Source: an uncultured virus (IMG/VR IMGVR_UViG_3300046501_000595) (taxonomy: Duplodnaviria; Heunggongvirae; Uroviricota; Caudoviricetes). Taken from it: a DNA stretch of 64,000 nucleotides. The translations under genes and the position numbers were made by a program. The stretch lies in IMG/VR virus record IMGVR_UViG_3300046501_000595. One strand, 5' to 3'. Below are positions 28,300 to 38,079 of the stretch, piece after piece. The notes beneath the pieces were generated by a model that did no database searches, was not told where the DNA came from, and saw only the letters and a list, made by a program, of their open reading frames with translations. Position 1 is the first letter of the stretch. Each line of letters begins with the position of its first letter.

Positions 28300-29799
28300 C
28301 TAGATTCCGAGCTCTTGGATGAACGCCTTGCCGCGACCGTGGACAGACATCGCCTCGACATACTTCTGTTCTTCCGTGAGGTCGTACAGGGCTTGTAGCA
28401 CCGGGTCGTGCTGAGGTTTTGGACTGTCGACCAGGACTGCCATTGGCGCCGTGGACAGAATACCCAGGAACCCTGGCTGCTTTAGGTTGCGCAGGCATTG
28501 CTTAACCATGAATTTGTAGTCGACCGGGTCGTTCTTTTGCTCTTCAAACTGAAGTCTGTCCAGAGTCATGAGCTGAAAGCCCTGGTAGCAGTCAAATCCA
28601 GCTTTGTGCATGTGGACGATAAACTGGTTTACAGCATCCGCGTTCAAGGCCTTGGTCGTCGCCAGCCGATAGATGAATTCTGCGGGCGCTTTACCCAGCA
28701 ATTCAGGCCGGAACATAGCACCCCACTCTGGGCTCATGTCCAAGCGTTTTACCTTAGGCCTTTTAAACTCATCGCACGAGACCAGGAAGTCCCAGTACTC
28801 TTTGAGCGTGCCCCCGTAGGCCTTTCTGATCCAGCGATCATTGAGGCTGAACTTAGGATTTACGGCCTGATACTCAGTCATGTACGCGAGTACGTCTTTG
28901 GCGATTTTTGCGATATGGCTATCGCTCAAGACCAAACTGGGCGCGATTTTCTTGATGTGGTCGAGCGCGTGATAGTCGTCGAAATGCAGTGCCGACCTGA
29001 TCAAGGCATCAGTCATCTCGGAGAATGGCACTTTTCCAAAGAAATCGAGATTGCGCAGCTTGCCGTCCTGGTCTCGGTTAAGCGACACAGGAGCGTATGT
29101 GCGGTCTTTGGGAGCAAAGGCAGGCGGAGTCATTGGATTGGTCGGATAAGCGTCCAGAAGCAGCTTGAGGTGCTTTCCTGACGTCCCATTGCGCACCATG
29201 AAGCGCATGGCCTGATCGGTGGTGGATTTTGTGTACAGCGCTTTGATTAACCAGTCGATGACGTACTCACTCGACTCCTTGGTTTTCAGATCATCAAGAC
29301 TCAGATCGTCAAAGTGCTGAACTGTGAAACGCCGGGTGTTGTTGACCACCTTGCTCATCTCTTTCCAGCTCTTGCCCCGCTCCATCAAAAAGTCCAACAG
29401 CTGTTGGAGCTCTACGCTGTCACCGTCGACGAAGCACTTTCTGCCGAAGTCCTGGAGTTCACTCCCGGTGAGCTTTTTCACGACGCGGGCCAGGGTGGCA
29501 AACGGCATCTCAGGCTCGCGAAGCTGATCGATCTGGCTGACGTCGGTGAATTTAACCGAGCACGATGTGATGAAGCTGTCGCAAAGCTCCAGAGGAACGC
29601 CCGTGCTCTGGTGGAGGAACACCAGCAGGTCTTCCCGGTGCGTCACCGACTTATCATCGGGGCCCTGACGGACGAGGTTGGGGTACTCAGCTCTGCACTG
29701 GTCAATGAGGGATTGATCAAGTCCTCTGTCGCCGATGCCGGCCACCGATAGGTACAGCTCAAGCTGGAGATAGAGCCTTTGCTCATGGTCTGAAATCAT
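28300..29799 (-). CDS. Helical hypothetical protein with family-B N-terminal domain
   Basis: 499 aa; N-terminal LYL...DLLVFLHQSTGVPLELC; ends GRGKAFIQELGI. Confidence 0.8.
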   Translation of the reverse strand: MISDHEQRLYLQLELYLSVAGIGDRGLDQSLIDQCRAEYPNLVRQGPDDKSVTHREDLLVFLHQSTGVPLELCDSFITSCSVKFTDVSQIDQLREPEMPFATLARVVKKLTGSELQDFGRKCFVDGDSVELQQLLDFLMERGKSWKEMSKVVNNTRRFTVQHFDDLSLDDLKTKESSEYVIDWLIKALYTKSTTDQAMRFMVRNGTSGKHLKLLLDAYPTNPMTPPAFAPKDRTYAPVSLNRDQDGKLRNLDFFGKVPFSEMTDALIRSALHFDDYHALDHIKKIAPSLVLSDSHIAKIAKDVLAYMTEYQAVNPKFSLNDRWIRKAYGGTLKEYWDFLVSCDEFKRPKVKRLDMSPEWGAMFRPELLGKAPAEFIYRLATTKALNADAVNQFIVHMHKAGFDCYQGFQLMTLDRLQFEEQKNDPVDYKFMVKQCLRNLKQPGFLGILSTAPMAVLVDSPKPQHDPVLQALYDLTEEQKYVEAMSVHGRGKAFIQELGI

Positions 29800-29883
29800 G
29801 GCTGCCTTGCCTGTTTATGCGGGGTATCCCATCATTTTGGAACACCCCGCAGGCAGATGGCCAGATAAATCTACTGCCCTGGA

Positions 29884-30921
29884 TCAGGCCGTAGGAAATG
29901 ACGGTACCGGGCCGTCATGGAGGCTGTGCAGAAACGGTCTGGTGTACTCACGCTCCGTGTCGACATCGATGGCGCCTGCTGCTGCCAACATCCCCTGAAC
30001 GAGGCCCAGCTCTGCGCTGACCTGGTTGAGGTTAAAGCTCAGCAGGTGGTTAAGCACCATCAGGCAGCGGGTCGCCGCGTAACTGACCCTGGCATCGGTT
30101 TCGCTGTAGGCGTTTGCCATCTTGTTGTAGCGAATGAACAACTGGCGCATGACTTCGATTTCGTTTGGCTTGATCGTGCCCACGTCGTGTTTCAGGGAGC
30201 CATAGCCCTCCCAGGAAGTCAGCTCGCAGCCAATTTCATGGTATTGCAGCACGCCAGCGCAGAACCCCAGCCAGCGGCTGAGTTTGTCCTCTGGGTACTT
30301 ATTCAGGCCAGCCGCCCCTTCCTCGCACAGGCGCAGCATGTGATCGGCGCTGCAGTTGGGTTTCGGATCTTGGATATCCCTGCCCACGATTTCGATCAGA
30401 CCTAAGAGGTACTTGAAGTCATCGCCAATCTTGCTCTGCTTTACCGGGGTCTCGATCTTTAGGGTGATCGGGCCTTCTCTGGTCATCGCCATGCGCGTTG
30501 ACTCTGTGACACCGGTATCGCCGGCCTCCAGAGGGCCTGAGTCGCGGTTGACTGGCCGGTGCTGAACCCCAGCCTGATAGTCTTCGGCAACGTACTGGAT
30601 GTTTGCCATCGGATAGATCTTGAGGGCGCTGGATGGCATCCTTGCCGTGAAGAACTCGGGGTTGTGCTCGGTGCTATCCGCTTCAAGCTCAATCGGCAGG
30701 TGCGTACCCTTGAGATGGATAGCGACTTTCATCAGCGCCGGCGTGTTACGGGCTACAAGCATGCCAGGGTGAAGCTCGACATCAAACAGGTCGGCAACCG
30801 GGTACTTGAGGACAGTGCCATCCATTCGGTAGACGCAGTAGAAACCAGATTTGGCGTAGGCATTCTTAGCCTCCAGCTCAATGCGCTGGGAGGTGGACTT
30901 AAGCCTGATAAGGACTTTCAA
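29884..30921 (-). CDS. Hypothetical protein with duplicated domains
   Basis: Two KV.I.LK.T...IELEA...YP.A repeats, then RWLGFCAGVL / ELGLVQGML repeats. Confidence 0.75.
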   Translation of the reverse strand: MKVLIRLKSTSQRIELEAKNAYAKSGFYCVYRMDGTVLKYPVADLFDVELHPGMLVARNTPALMKVAIHLKGTHLPIELEADSTEHNPEFFTARMPSSALKIYPMANIQYVAEDYQAGVQHRPVNRDSGPLEAGDTGVTESTRMAMTREGPITLKIETPVKQSKIGDDFKYLLGLIEIVGRDIQDPKPNCSADHMLRLCEEGAAGLNKYPEDKLSRWLGFCAGVLQYHEIGCELTSWEGYGSLKHDVGTIKPNEIEVMRQLFIRYNKMANAYSETDARVSYAATRCLMVLNHLLSFNLNQVSAELGLVQGMLAAAGAIDVDTEREYTRPFLHSLHDGPVPSFPTA

Positions 30922-31010
30922 GGCGGAGCTCCTGGAGCGTGTACGGCGATGAGCAATTGAAGCTCACGACCTTAAGATTCGTTTGGTTCCAACATGCTGC
31001 TGCCCTTGAT

Positions 31011-31289
31011 TCAAGAGGACTCTTGATCTTTGGCTTTGACATCGCTGTCGGGTTGAGCCGGCTTCCAGATGAAGACAAGGCGCCCTAGATGGCAATCAGA
31101 CAACATGCTCAGCAGGAAAAAGGCCAGGAAGAAGAAAATCGGGCTGAGCCGGTCTGTACGATCAGGGAAAAACACACTGACGAACAAGGCAATGAACATC
31201 TGAACCGAGCCCAGGCCAATCAGGATCATCATCTTCTTGCGGTATTTCGCCGCTTTTTGAGCGTCTTCGTCACTCATGCAAGGCACCAA
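31011..31289 (-). CDS. Small two-TM membrane protein
   Basis: Two hydrophobic segments. Confidence 0.6.
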   Translation of the reverse strand: MVPCMSDEDAQKAAKYRKKMMILIGLGSVQMFIALFVSVFFPDRTDRLSPIFFFLAFFLLSMLSDCHLGRLVFIWKPAQPDSDVKAKDQESS

Positions 31290-31407
31290 TGCTGGATATT
31301 GAGACGGGGTCGATCATACAGATGCGGGTCAATACATGCCAAATGTATGAGAGGCGTAGCCCGCTACGCTTGATTGGCGACACGCTCTGCATCCGCCCGC
31401 TTGGCTT

Positions 31408-31746
31408 TTAGGATTCTTGAACCGTCAGAGCGCTATTTTCTTCTCGAACCCAGATTAAGAGTGTTCGCGCTTTATCAAGGAATTCGCGCACCCACTCAAT
31501 CTCAAGCCCCTGGTCGCGAAGATAGTATTCTGCATCCCATGTAGCTTCAAAGGATCCATGATATTCCGTAAAAGCCCTGTAAATCATGTTCATGGCCTTT
31601 AGCGCATTCTGCTGACTCACGCCCATCTCGAGCAGTTGATGAGCGCAGGCGACAAAATCCACCTTCGAGGCCTCATCTCGAAAACCTGGCATGTTCTTAA
31701 AAACTGAGAGGCGCATACGGAAAATCACTGTGGCATGGGTTCCCAT
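31408..31746 (-). CDS. Hypothetical protein
   Basis: AAGGAAG RBS before MGTH. Confidence 0.6.
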   Translation of the reverse strand: MGTHATVIFRMRLSVFKNMPGFRDEASKVDFVACAHQLLEMGVSQQNALKAMNMIYRAFTEYHGSFEATWDAEYYLRDQGLEIEWVREFLDKARTLLIWVREENSALTVQES

Positions 31747-31857
31747 GGGTTCTTCCTTCAATTGTTTAACCGCAAGAAACTCTTACGAATGACTAGGTCT
31801 ATGGCCTGTCATGGCGTCGGAGAAGTGCCGGCGCCAATATCTCGGTCAACCCAAGAA

Positions 31858-32283
31858 CTAAAGCTCTGCCTTCAGTTCTGTTATCCGCTGCTGGAGCGTA
31901 TCAAGCATTTCTGAAATCCCAGCGGCGCCTGGACGCCTACTCCGTAACTCGACATAGTCAGCCTGGAGCCCTTCAACAAGGGCGATTTTCTCCTCAGTGG
32001 AGAGCACACGCTCGAAAAAATGAGGCATGTGGCTTGTCCTGGAGCTCACCATGAAGCTGTGAGCCCAGTCCTGGGTGTATTCGCAGCATGGGCAGACCCA
32101 GCCCTGCTCCGTGGCGATCAGTACGCCTTTGTCGCCACCCTCCTCGCCATGCTGGCCATCCCCACGGTTGCCGCAGGTGAACGGAGGCATCTTGTGCCCG
32201 AAGTCGGTACCGGTCTGGTATTCGTTCAAACCCTGCACCTGTACAGCGGTGAATGGCGCACGGATTTTCTCGAGTATTCCCAT
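31858..32283 (-). CDS. Putative zinc-binding hypothetical protein
   Basis: PFTC...H...GWVCPCCEYTQDWAH. Confidence 0.7.
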   Translation of the reverse strand: MGILEKIRAPFTAVQVQGLNEYQTGTDFGHKMPPFTCGNRGDGQHGEEGGDKGVLIATEQGWVCPCCEYTQDWAHSFMVSSRTSHMPHFFERVLSTEEKIALVEGLQADYVELRSRRPGAAGISEMLDTLQQRITELKAEL

Positions 32284-32389
32284 GGATCAAAACCTTTCGT
32301 GGGTTGCTGAAAAACGCTGGATCGGGAGAGTACAACGACTAGAATAGGTTCTCCAGAAAAACCCACGTCTCCAGCCCGTAAGGATCACG

Positions 32390-33112
32390 ATGTCCGGCTT
32401 TCGAATGCTTAATATTGACAGAATCAAGGGCGAGCTTTCGGTAGGCCTCACCGAGCTGGCCAAGGCTTTCGACCCGGTGGCGGTGGTGCTCTGGCTACGA
32501 ACGGTACGGGCGTCCTACCAGATTGAAGGGTATCCCATGCAGTTCAATGCGGAAACCGAGCAATATCTTTCTTGTGCCGGCCCCGATGTGCTGATGGCGA
32601 TGACAACCATTTCATTGCCTGGGATTCAGCTGATTCAGTCAATTTGCTCGGCATGCGCATCACAGGAGAGGAATGATTTTGACTACAATCTAGAGCTGAT
32701 TGTCCAGGTGTTGGTTCGTGCCAAGTCCATTGCTGTGTTCAAGGACAAGCTCAAGTTCGTGTACACAGTGCGTAAACCCCATCCTGAAGCGCTCACGCTT
32801 ATTATGACGATACGCTCTGATGTGTATGGCACCTTCGGCCTAGAGGCCGGCTTGCTAGTAACAAATGCCCTGGTAGCCGCCATCAAACGCGAACGCAAGA
32901 TCGCGGTCTATGTGTTAAACCCGCCAGTGCCTGAAGGCTTTGACCGAGGCGCACTGAGGCCGGCCCCTCGGTATGAAAGTTTCTATGATTCTGACGCACG
33001 ACGGATCTTCATCGAGTATGTGCTCAAGCTAAGCGTAGATGAGATCAAGGCCAGCCTCAATATGATCAAGGCTGTGGTCGCCCATTATCTATTTCTTGAA
33101 ATAACTAACTAA
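32390..33112 (+). CDS. Hypothetical protein, paralog of 11739-12458
   Basis: FDPVAVVLWL, TIRSDVYGTFGLEAG, EIKASLNMIK. Confidence 0.75.
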   Translation: MSGFRMLNIDRIKGELSVGLTELAKAFDPVAVVLWLRTVRASYQIEGYPMQFNAETEQYLSCAGPDVLMAMTTISLPGIQLIQSICSACASQERNDFDYNLELIVQVLVRAKSIAVFKDKLKFVYTVRKPHPEALTLIMTIRSDVYGTFGLEAGLLVTNALVAAIKRERKIAVYVLNPPVPEGFDRGALRPAPRYESFYDSDARRIFIEYVLKLSVDEIKASLNMIKAVVAHYLFLEITN

Positions 33113-33135
33113 CTTAATCATCAATAGAGGACATC

Positions 33136-33762
33136 ATGAGCAAAACCAAAAATGATATTGCTAAAGAGTTTATCCAGGCTGGAAATGATATTGCTGGGCT
33201 AGCCGCAGATGTGGGAATTCCAGGCATAGGGCTTGTCACCAAAATAACTGAAATATTTTATGAAAAACATCTGTCTAAGCGCTTCGAAAATTTCATAAAA
33301 AACTCTGAAATTGACATTGACATTATCAGCAAAATACAAAATGATGACGATCATATGAATCGACTTTATGCAGTCCTTGAAACTGTTCGACAAACTCACT
33401 CTAAAATAGGCCTAACTGCACTTGCATTAATCTATCGCGATCACTGGAATAATGAAGACTACATAATCGGAGCATTGCAGTCTTTTTCGCAAATTAGCGA
33501 CAAGGTTATTAATGCATTCATGGTCATCTACGATGCTATTCCACCTGAGCAAGATTTCTTGGATCTCCTGAACTATTCAATTGACGGAACTGAGTTCAAT
33601 GATCTTTACAACGAAGCCGTGGAGCTTATTCGTCGGAATTTTTTCGTCATGAGCACTGGGCCTGGAGGTGTATATATGAATGGCCCTATACAAGGTATGA
33701 AATGGAAGCATACCGCCTCATACTATGAATACTGCAAATCAGCTATTCGGCTTTGTGTATAG
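33136..33762 (+). CDS. AT-rich hypothetical protein
   Basis: 208 aa; GAGGA RBS. Confidence 0.75.
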   Translation: MSKTKNDIAKEFIQAGNDIAGLAADVGIPGIGLVTKITEIFYEKHLSKRFENFIKNSEIDIDIISKIQNDDDHMNRLYAVLETVRQTHSKIGLTALALIYRDHWNNEDYIIGALQSFSQISDKVINAFMVIYDAIPPEQDFLDLLNYSIDGTEFNDLYNEAVELIRRNFFVMSTGPGGVYMNGPIQGMKWKHTASYYEYCKSAIRLCV

Positions 33763-33899
33763 TATATACCGATCTAAACGAACACTATATTACTGCACAT
33801 CCGCAACGTCATGTTCGCGGATATGCTGGAATTGCCTTCTCCGAGACTACCATGGATACACCCTGCTCGGCGCGGGCTTGCCATCAGGTATTGATATTA

Positions 33900-34331
33900 T
33901 TAGCCATCGATCGAATCTAACTCGGCTACCGATAGTGTATTTAAAGAATCCGCGAGCCCGCCCAAACCAACTTCATCTAGATCATAGTGAATTTCTAAAA
34001 TATTTTGAATTTCTTTCGTAATAGCGAGAAATGTTTTGACTTCACCATGCAGACTGGAAATTATATAGACCAGCAGACAGCCGGATCCGATTGAAACCCC
34101 TTTGTCTTGAGCGCCCGCCCCATCAATTGTGTTTAGAAAATTGTTCTGTACTTCCTTACTAACAGTGGCAAATTCCGATAGGCCTCCATGGTCATGCATC
34201 AAGATATTGTGAAAAATCTTAATAGAAATCGCAGCCCTGACCATCTGTTCTTTTGACGCACGTTTTATGTCTTTCTTTACAGAGTCGTGTAATAATTCAA
34301 GCTTGGTTTTTCTTCTAAATATCCAAAACAT
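33900..34331 (-). CDS. AT-rich hypothetical protein
   Basis: 143 aa ORF. Confidence 0.6.
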   Translation of the reverse strand: MFWIFRRKTKLELLHDSVKKDIKRASKEQMVRAAISIKIFHNILMHDHGGLSEFATVSKEVQNNFLNTIDGAGAQDKGVSIGSGCLLVYIISSLHGEVKTFLAITKEIQNILEIHYDLDEVGLGGLADSLNTLSVAELDSIDG

Positions 34332-34582
34332 ATCTTTCTCACAATGAAGCTTGATTGAGTGAGGTGTTACGACACCTTTACCATCCCGGTACGGGGCAAG
34401 CTGCAGCCGGATTCAGGCCTGCGCGGAATCTACCACATGCTCTGTCGAATTAGAAACGTTAGGATTGTATTGCCATTTTGCGGGCCTAAGATAAAGCTGG
34501 TTGGTGCTGGCCGATTTGTGTTCCGCTGGGTCGACATCCCGCATGCGAAACACATCACGCTCACAAAGAAAGGCCTGGAGGA

Positions 34583-34843
34583 TTAGGCCTCAGCGAGGAA
34601 GTAGCGATACACGTGCGTGCCTTCGATCCGGGAGCGCACGATGCTGCCGGCATCCAGCAGCTCACTCACGCACGTTCCGAGGCTTACGCAGCTCTCGGCC
34701 AGGCCGAGGTCTCGGCGAAGCTCAGGGGCGGTCATGGGGCGCTTGGCAAGAGCATCGAGCAGGCGCTGATGGGTTTGGGAGTTGAGGTGCTCTGGGGCAA
34801 GCGTGGTACAGGATGGTGAGGCTGTATTGGAAGCTAGGTTCAT
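34583..34843 (-). CDS. Winged-HTH protein
   Basis: LLDALAKRPMTAPELRRDLGL...VSELLDAGSIVRSRIEG..VYRYFL; AGGAG RBS. Confidence 0.75.
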   Translation of the reverse strand: MNLASNTASPSCTTLAPEHLNSQTHQRLLDALAKRPMTAPELRRDLGLAESCVSLGTCVSELLDAGSIVRSRIEGTHVYRYFLAEA

Positions 34844-35008
34844 GCTGCTCTCCTGGTGAATCTAAAGCTCCGGGGCATAGGTTTTAAGCGCCATGCTTTG
34901 TTTGGAGACAAAGACGCTGATTGCTACCAAAAAAAAGTGTCAATATATGGCAATTAGAGATCATCAGCAAGCGTAGGAAGTGCTGAGTTCATTGGTATTG
35001 AACCTAGA

Positions 35009-35037
35009 TTGACACCCAGCTGCTGCCCCCTTAGCAT
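35009..35037 (+). promoter_or_regulatory. Sigma70-like promoter with no sense ORF downstream
   Basis: TTGACA(35009-35014)-17 nt-TAGCAT(35032-35037). Confidence 0.5.
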
Positions 35038-35106
35038 GAACCCAAGCACAACCCCCACGCCTCGGGAGGCTCCGTCCTCACTGCGCACCAGGGGGTTTCT
35101 CTTGCT

Positions 35107-35430
35107 TCAGAAAAAACCCATCACGCTCTTGCAGGTTCCCAGATCCCTGAAGGTCGCATCCACGCTCTGAAAGTCAGTTTTGTCGACCAGAAAGACCTTT
35201 CCGTCCTTCGCTCGCAGTAGTAAAACGGTAAGGCTGGCGCCGGTGCCGAGATACAGCACGCCCTTCTCTCCCAACTCGCGTTCTTCGGTGTAGGCCACCA
35301 TGTCCTCAGCGGTGTACAGCGAGCCCTGCTCCACTGTCAGGCCATCCGGGTGTTCGGTGAAATACTCCAGCAGATCTGCCGACGCCGGCGTGCCGTAAGT
35401 CTTCTCGAACCACTTGGGGAATTTCTTCAT
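35107..35430 (-). CDS. SMI1/KNR4 (SUKH)-like protein
   Basis: P..LLEYF...G...LY...LYLGT...KDGKVFLVD...TF pattern; start MKKFP. Confidence 0.55.
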   Translation of the reverse strand: MKKFPKWFEKTYGTPASADLLEYFTEHPDGLTVEQGSLYTAEDMVAYTEERELGEKGVLYLGTGASLTVLLLRAKDGKVFLVDKTDFQSVDATFRDLGTCKSVMGFF

Positions 35431-35538
35431 TTGTTGTCGCGCTCTGTACAGGGCTGATGCCTGATCATAACGAAGCCGCGTACCTGGACGCAAAAATCCC
35501 GGCCTATGCAAGCGCCGGGGTTATTCATGTGTTCGGGT

Positions 35539-35736
35539 TCAGGCTTTGTTGGCGGTCGGTGCAGGTTTCGTATCCACACAAGCCTTCAGGGCCTCAAGCG
35601 TTGATTCAGGGAGCTTCTCGCGTGCAGTGCACACCGCATCAATCCAGTCCGGATACTTGTCGGTATTGGAATCGATGACTTCGAGCAGGCTGATGAGCGC
35701 GTTCGCCATTTCTGGCGGTATGTTTTGCATGACCAT
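35539..35736 (-). CDS. Small hypothetical protein
   Basis: AGGAGG RBS; terminator-like hairpin downstream (about 35493-35523). Confidence 0.65.
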   Translation of the reverse strand: MVMQNIPPEMANALISLLEVIDSNTDKYPDWIDAVCTAREKLPESTLEALKACVDTKPAPTANKA

Positions 35737-35781
35737 TTCCTCCTGTTGGTCTGCGGCATAGTTTATAGCCCGGCAGCCAGT

Positions 35782-36261
35782 TCAGCAAGGCAACTCAGCA
35801 CCTCGGCGCAGATCAAACGCATCGTTTCCCCTTGGTCGTTTGTTAAAACGAGGGTTGCCCATAAAGTTCCGGCGAGACGACCTGGTGAGCGCTACAACCT
35901 CGCTGCGCTCTGTGATGTAGCCGTTCTCATCGAACGTATCAACGACCCGCTCAACAAAGACATCCAGCCACTGCTTAACCTTAGAGTCTGTAGGCAGGGA
36001 TTTCATAAGCATGCGAGGGAGGCTCGAAGAAACCATGTCGTGCTCATCGTCGTAATCATCCTGCACAAGATAACGAACCCGGTGGGTAGCGACGTGCTTA
36101 TCAGCCACGGCCCAGCGGGTTACGACCGTAAATTCACGGACTAGTTGCGGCGTATTGATCAAGATGCCTTCGGCGCCCCACTCCGCATCTCGTCGACATG
36201 CAACCAAGTACTGACGGTTGCGATAAATCTGACACAGCGCGAGGTCGGTACCGCCTTTTAG
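35782..36261 (-). pseudogene. 3' part of an IS-interrupted gene (tentatively DUF6012-like)
   Basis: LKGGTDL...YLVACRR...GILINT; joins in frame to 37917-38000. Confidence 0.75.
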
Positions 36262-37916
36262 CCTTTGCGCCGTAAACCCTCGCCGTTCAGGGCGGGGATA
36301 TAAGGCGCGGTTTTGACTTTCAATGCAAATTGACATTCTGTCAATTCAATGCCATAGTTATTGAATGAATCAAGCCTTTTTGCCTCACGGCGTCTCTCAG
36401 GAAGCTACTACACCGAATCTGATTCGGTCTTTTTGGTTTCCGATGATTCTGGACGCCAAGCAAATAAAATTGCTGCATCAGGTCTTGGATCTTGGTCATG
36501 AAATCCGCGAGAGGGTTGTCTCGGAGCGCATCAAGAACCGTGACGATAATCGCCTGCTCAAGCAGGCCGGTGCCACTCCTCTCTATGTCAATCTGACCGA
36601 GCAACGCCGGTCGATTGCGGCGCTGATGAAAGCTGATGCGCGGTTCAAATTGATTCACAGCCAGGTGGCCCAGGATCAGTGCGAACGCATCGACAAGGCT
36701 GATAAATTCTGGCTAAAAAGCCTGAAACAGGGTGATAAGCGGGCGAAGCCTGCCCGCCACCGCGACCGTAAATTTTTCCGCTCCGTGACTTACCCTCAGT
36801 ATGGAAACGGCGTGCGGTTGAGCGCCGGAAAGGTCTGGTTCAGCAAACTGGGTACTTTCAGGCTGCATGATTACCGGAAAATCACCGGCATCAAAAAGAC
36901 CGTGTCGATTGTCTGGAAGCAAGGGAAGTTCTGGGCTGTATTCACCGCCCAGCAAGCTGCTGCTAAATGGTTTGAATCGTCATCGGAATGGTCTGAAAAG
37001 CCCACCGTAGGTGGTGATTTCGGGCTGAAAAGCCTGCTGACGCTAAGCGATGAGCTAGTGTTCGACCCACCGCGCCGTTTGAAGGAAGCGTTTCAGAGTC
37101 TGCGTTCGATTCAGAAGTCCGTTTCGCGGAAGTTCGAAGCAAGAAAACGATCCTGGATAGTCGACCAAGCGCTGGCCAAGGCCAGCGGCAAGCCGCTGAC
37201 GGCCTTGCGTGATTATCCACGTTCGAACCGACTGTACGAAGACATCAAGCGTCTGGCCAAGGCTCACACCAAGGTTGAGCGCTGCCGTGGCTACGACCAC
37301 GCGAAGATCGCCTCGATCCTACAAGCTGAATACAGCCATGTGGCGCTGGAGGATCACGGCGTTCTGTTCATGTTCCGCAACAGCCGGATGGCCAAATCAG
37401 CTTCAGATAGGGCCATCAGCAGCTTGAAACTGCGGATCAAAAGCACGCTGGCACCGGAACGTATTTTCCTGGTCAGCACGACGGATGAAAATGGCGGTGG
37501 TAATAGCCAGACTTGCACCTGCGGGGCGCACGTCCCGAAAACATTGAAAGACAGAATTCATGCCTGTGCGTCCTGCGGACGCACGGGGGATCGAGATGTA
37601 GTGGCTGCCGACCGTGTGCATTTGCGCACATTCGGGCGAGTCACCCAGGTGCGCGGGCAGCGCATCTGGCCGGCGTCTCAGGACGTCTGCAAGTGTGGAG
37701 AGCACAAATCCAAGTCCATCAAACGATGGTCTGGAGAGTCTGCATCAGCAGGCTTTGAAGTGTTCGATGAAGCGCAAACCTCCCAAGCTTTCCGGGCAAA
37801 AGAACACACTTCGGGTGGGAAACCTACCGAAGAAGACAAAACCAGCCTTGTGCTTGCGTCGAAAACTCTTTTACCTTAACGGGAAGCCCCCTCCTTTAGG
37901 TGGGGGAGGATGTCAC
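36262..37916 (+). mobile_element. tnpB-only IS200/IS605-family element (IS1341-like)
   Basis: Left hairpin AAAC-CCTCGCC-GTTCAG-GGCGGGG; right hairpin GAAG-CCCCCTCCTTTAGGTGGGGG...TCAC; inserted after TTAG with no target duplication. Confidence 0.88.
36365..37879 (+). CDS. tnpB: TnpB RNA-guided endonuclease
   Basis: RuvC D (GGDFGLK), E (ALEDHG), D (DRDVVAA); zinc finger SQTCTCG...CASCG; HSQVAQ and YPQ motifs. Confidence 0.9.
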   Translation: MNQAFLPHGVSQEATTPNLIRSFWFPMILDAKQIKLLHQVLDLGHEIRERVVSERIKNRDDNRLLKQAGATPLYVNLTEQRRSIAALMKADARFKLIHSQVAQDQCERIDKADKFWLKSLKQGDKRAKPARHRDRKFFRSVTYPQYGNGVRLSAGKVWFSKLGTFRLHDYRKITGIKKTVSIVWKQGKFWAVFTAQQAAAKWFESSSEWSEKPTVGGDFGLKSLLTLSDELVFDPPRRLKEAFQSLRSIQKSVSRKFEARKRSWIVDQALAKASGKPLTALRDYPRSNRLYEDIKRLAKAHTKVERCRGYDHAKIASILQAEYSHVALEDHGVLFMFRNSRMAKSASDRAISSLKLRIKSTLAPERIFLVSTTDENGGGNSQTCTCGAHVPKTLKDRIHACASCGRTGDRDVVAADRVHLRTFGRVTQVRGQRIWPASQDVCKCGEHKSKSIKRWSGESASAGFEVFDEAQTSQAFRAKEHTSGGKPTEEDKTSLVLASKTLLP

Positions 37917-38000
37917 AGTCAGGTCGAACTCGTTGATTGTCAGATCGAGCAACGCACACGGCTCGGTGGCAAGTATGCATGGCACGATATGGATAAACAT
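37917..38000 (-). pseudogene. 5' part (28 codons) of the IS-interrupted gene
   Basis: MFIHIVPCILATEPCALLDLTINEFDLT from ATG 38000 with AGGGG RBS. Confidence 0.75.
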
Positions 38001-38079
38001 TAAGCACCCCTGGGAAAAGACAATAGCCTCACGCTCACTTAAAGCGCTACGGTTCGATCAGCTGGTCATCCGCCTGGCC

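Noticed and set aside
36262..36336. MSICIES start of ORF 35782-36336
   Set aside because: These 25 codons lie inside the IS left end; the real N-terminus is at 37917-38000
36262..37916. IStron, Cas12 locus or nuclease-dead TnpB
   Set aside because: The element is antisense to the host gene, leaves only about 100 bp before tnpB, has no repeat array and keeps the D-E-D triad
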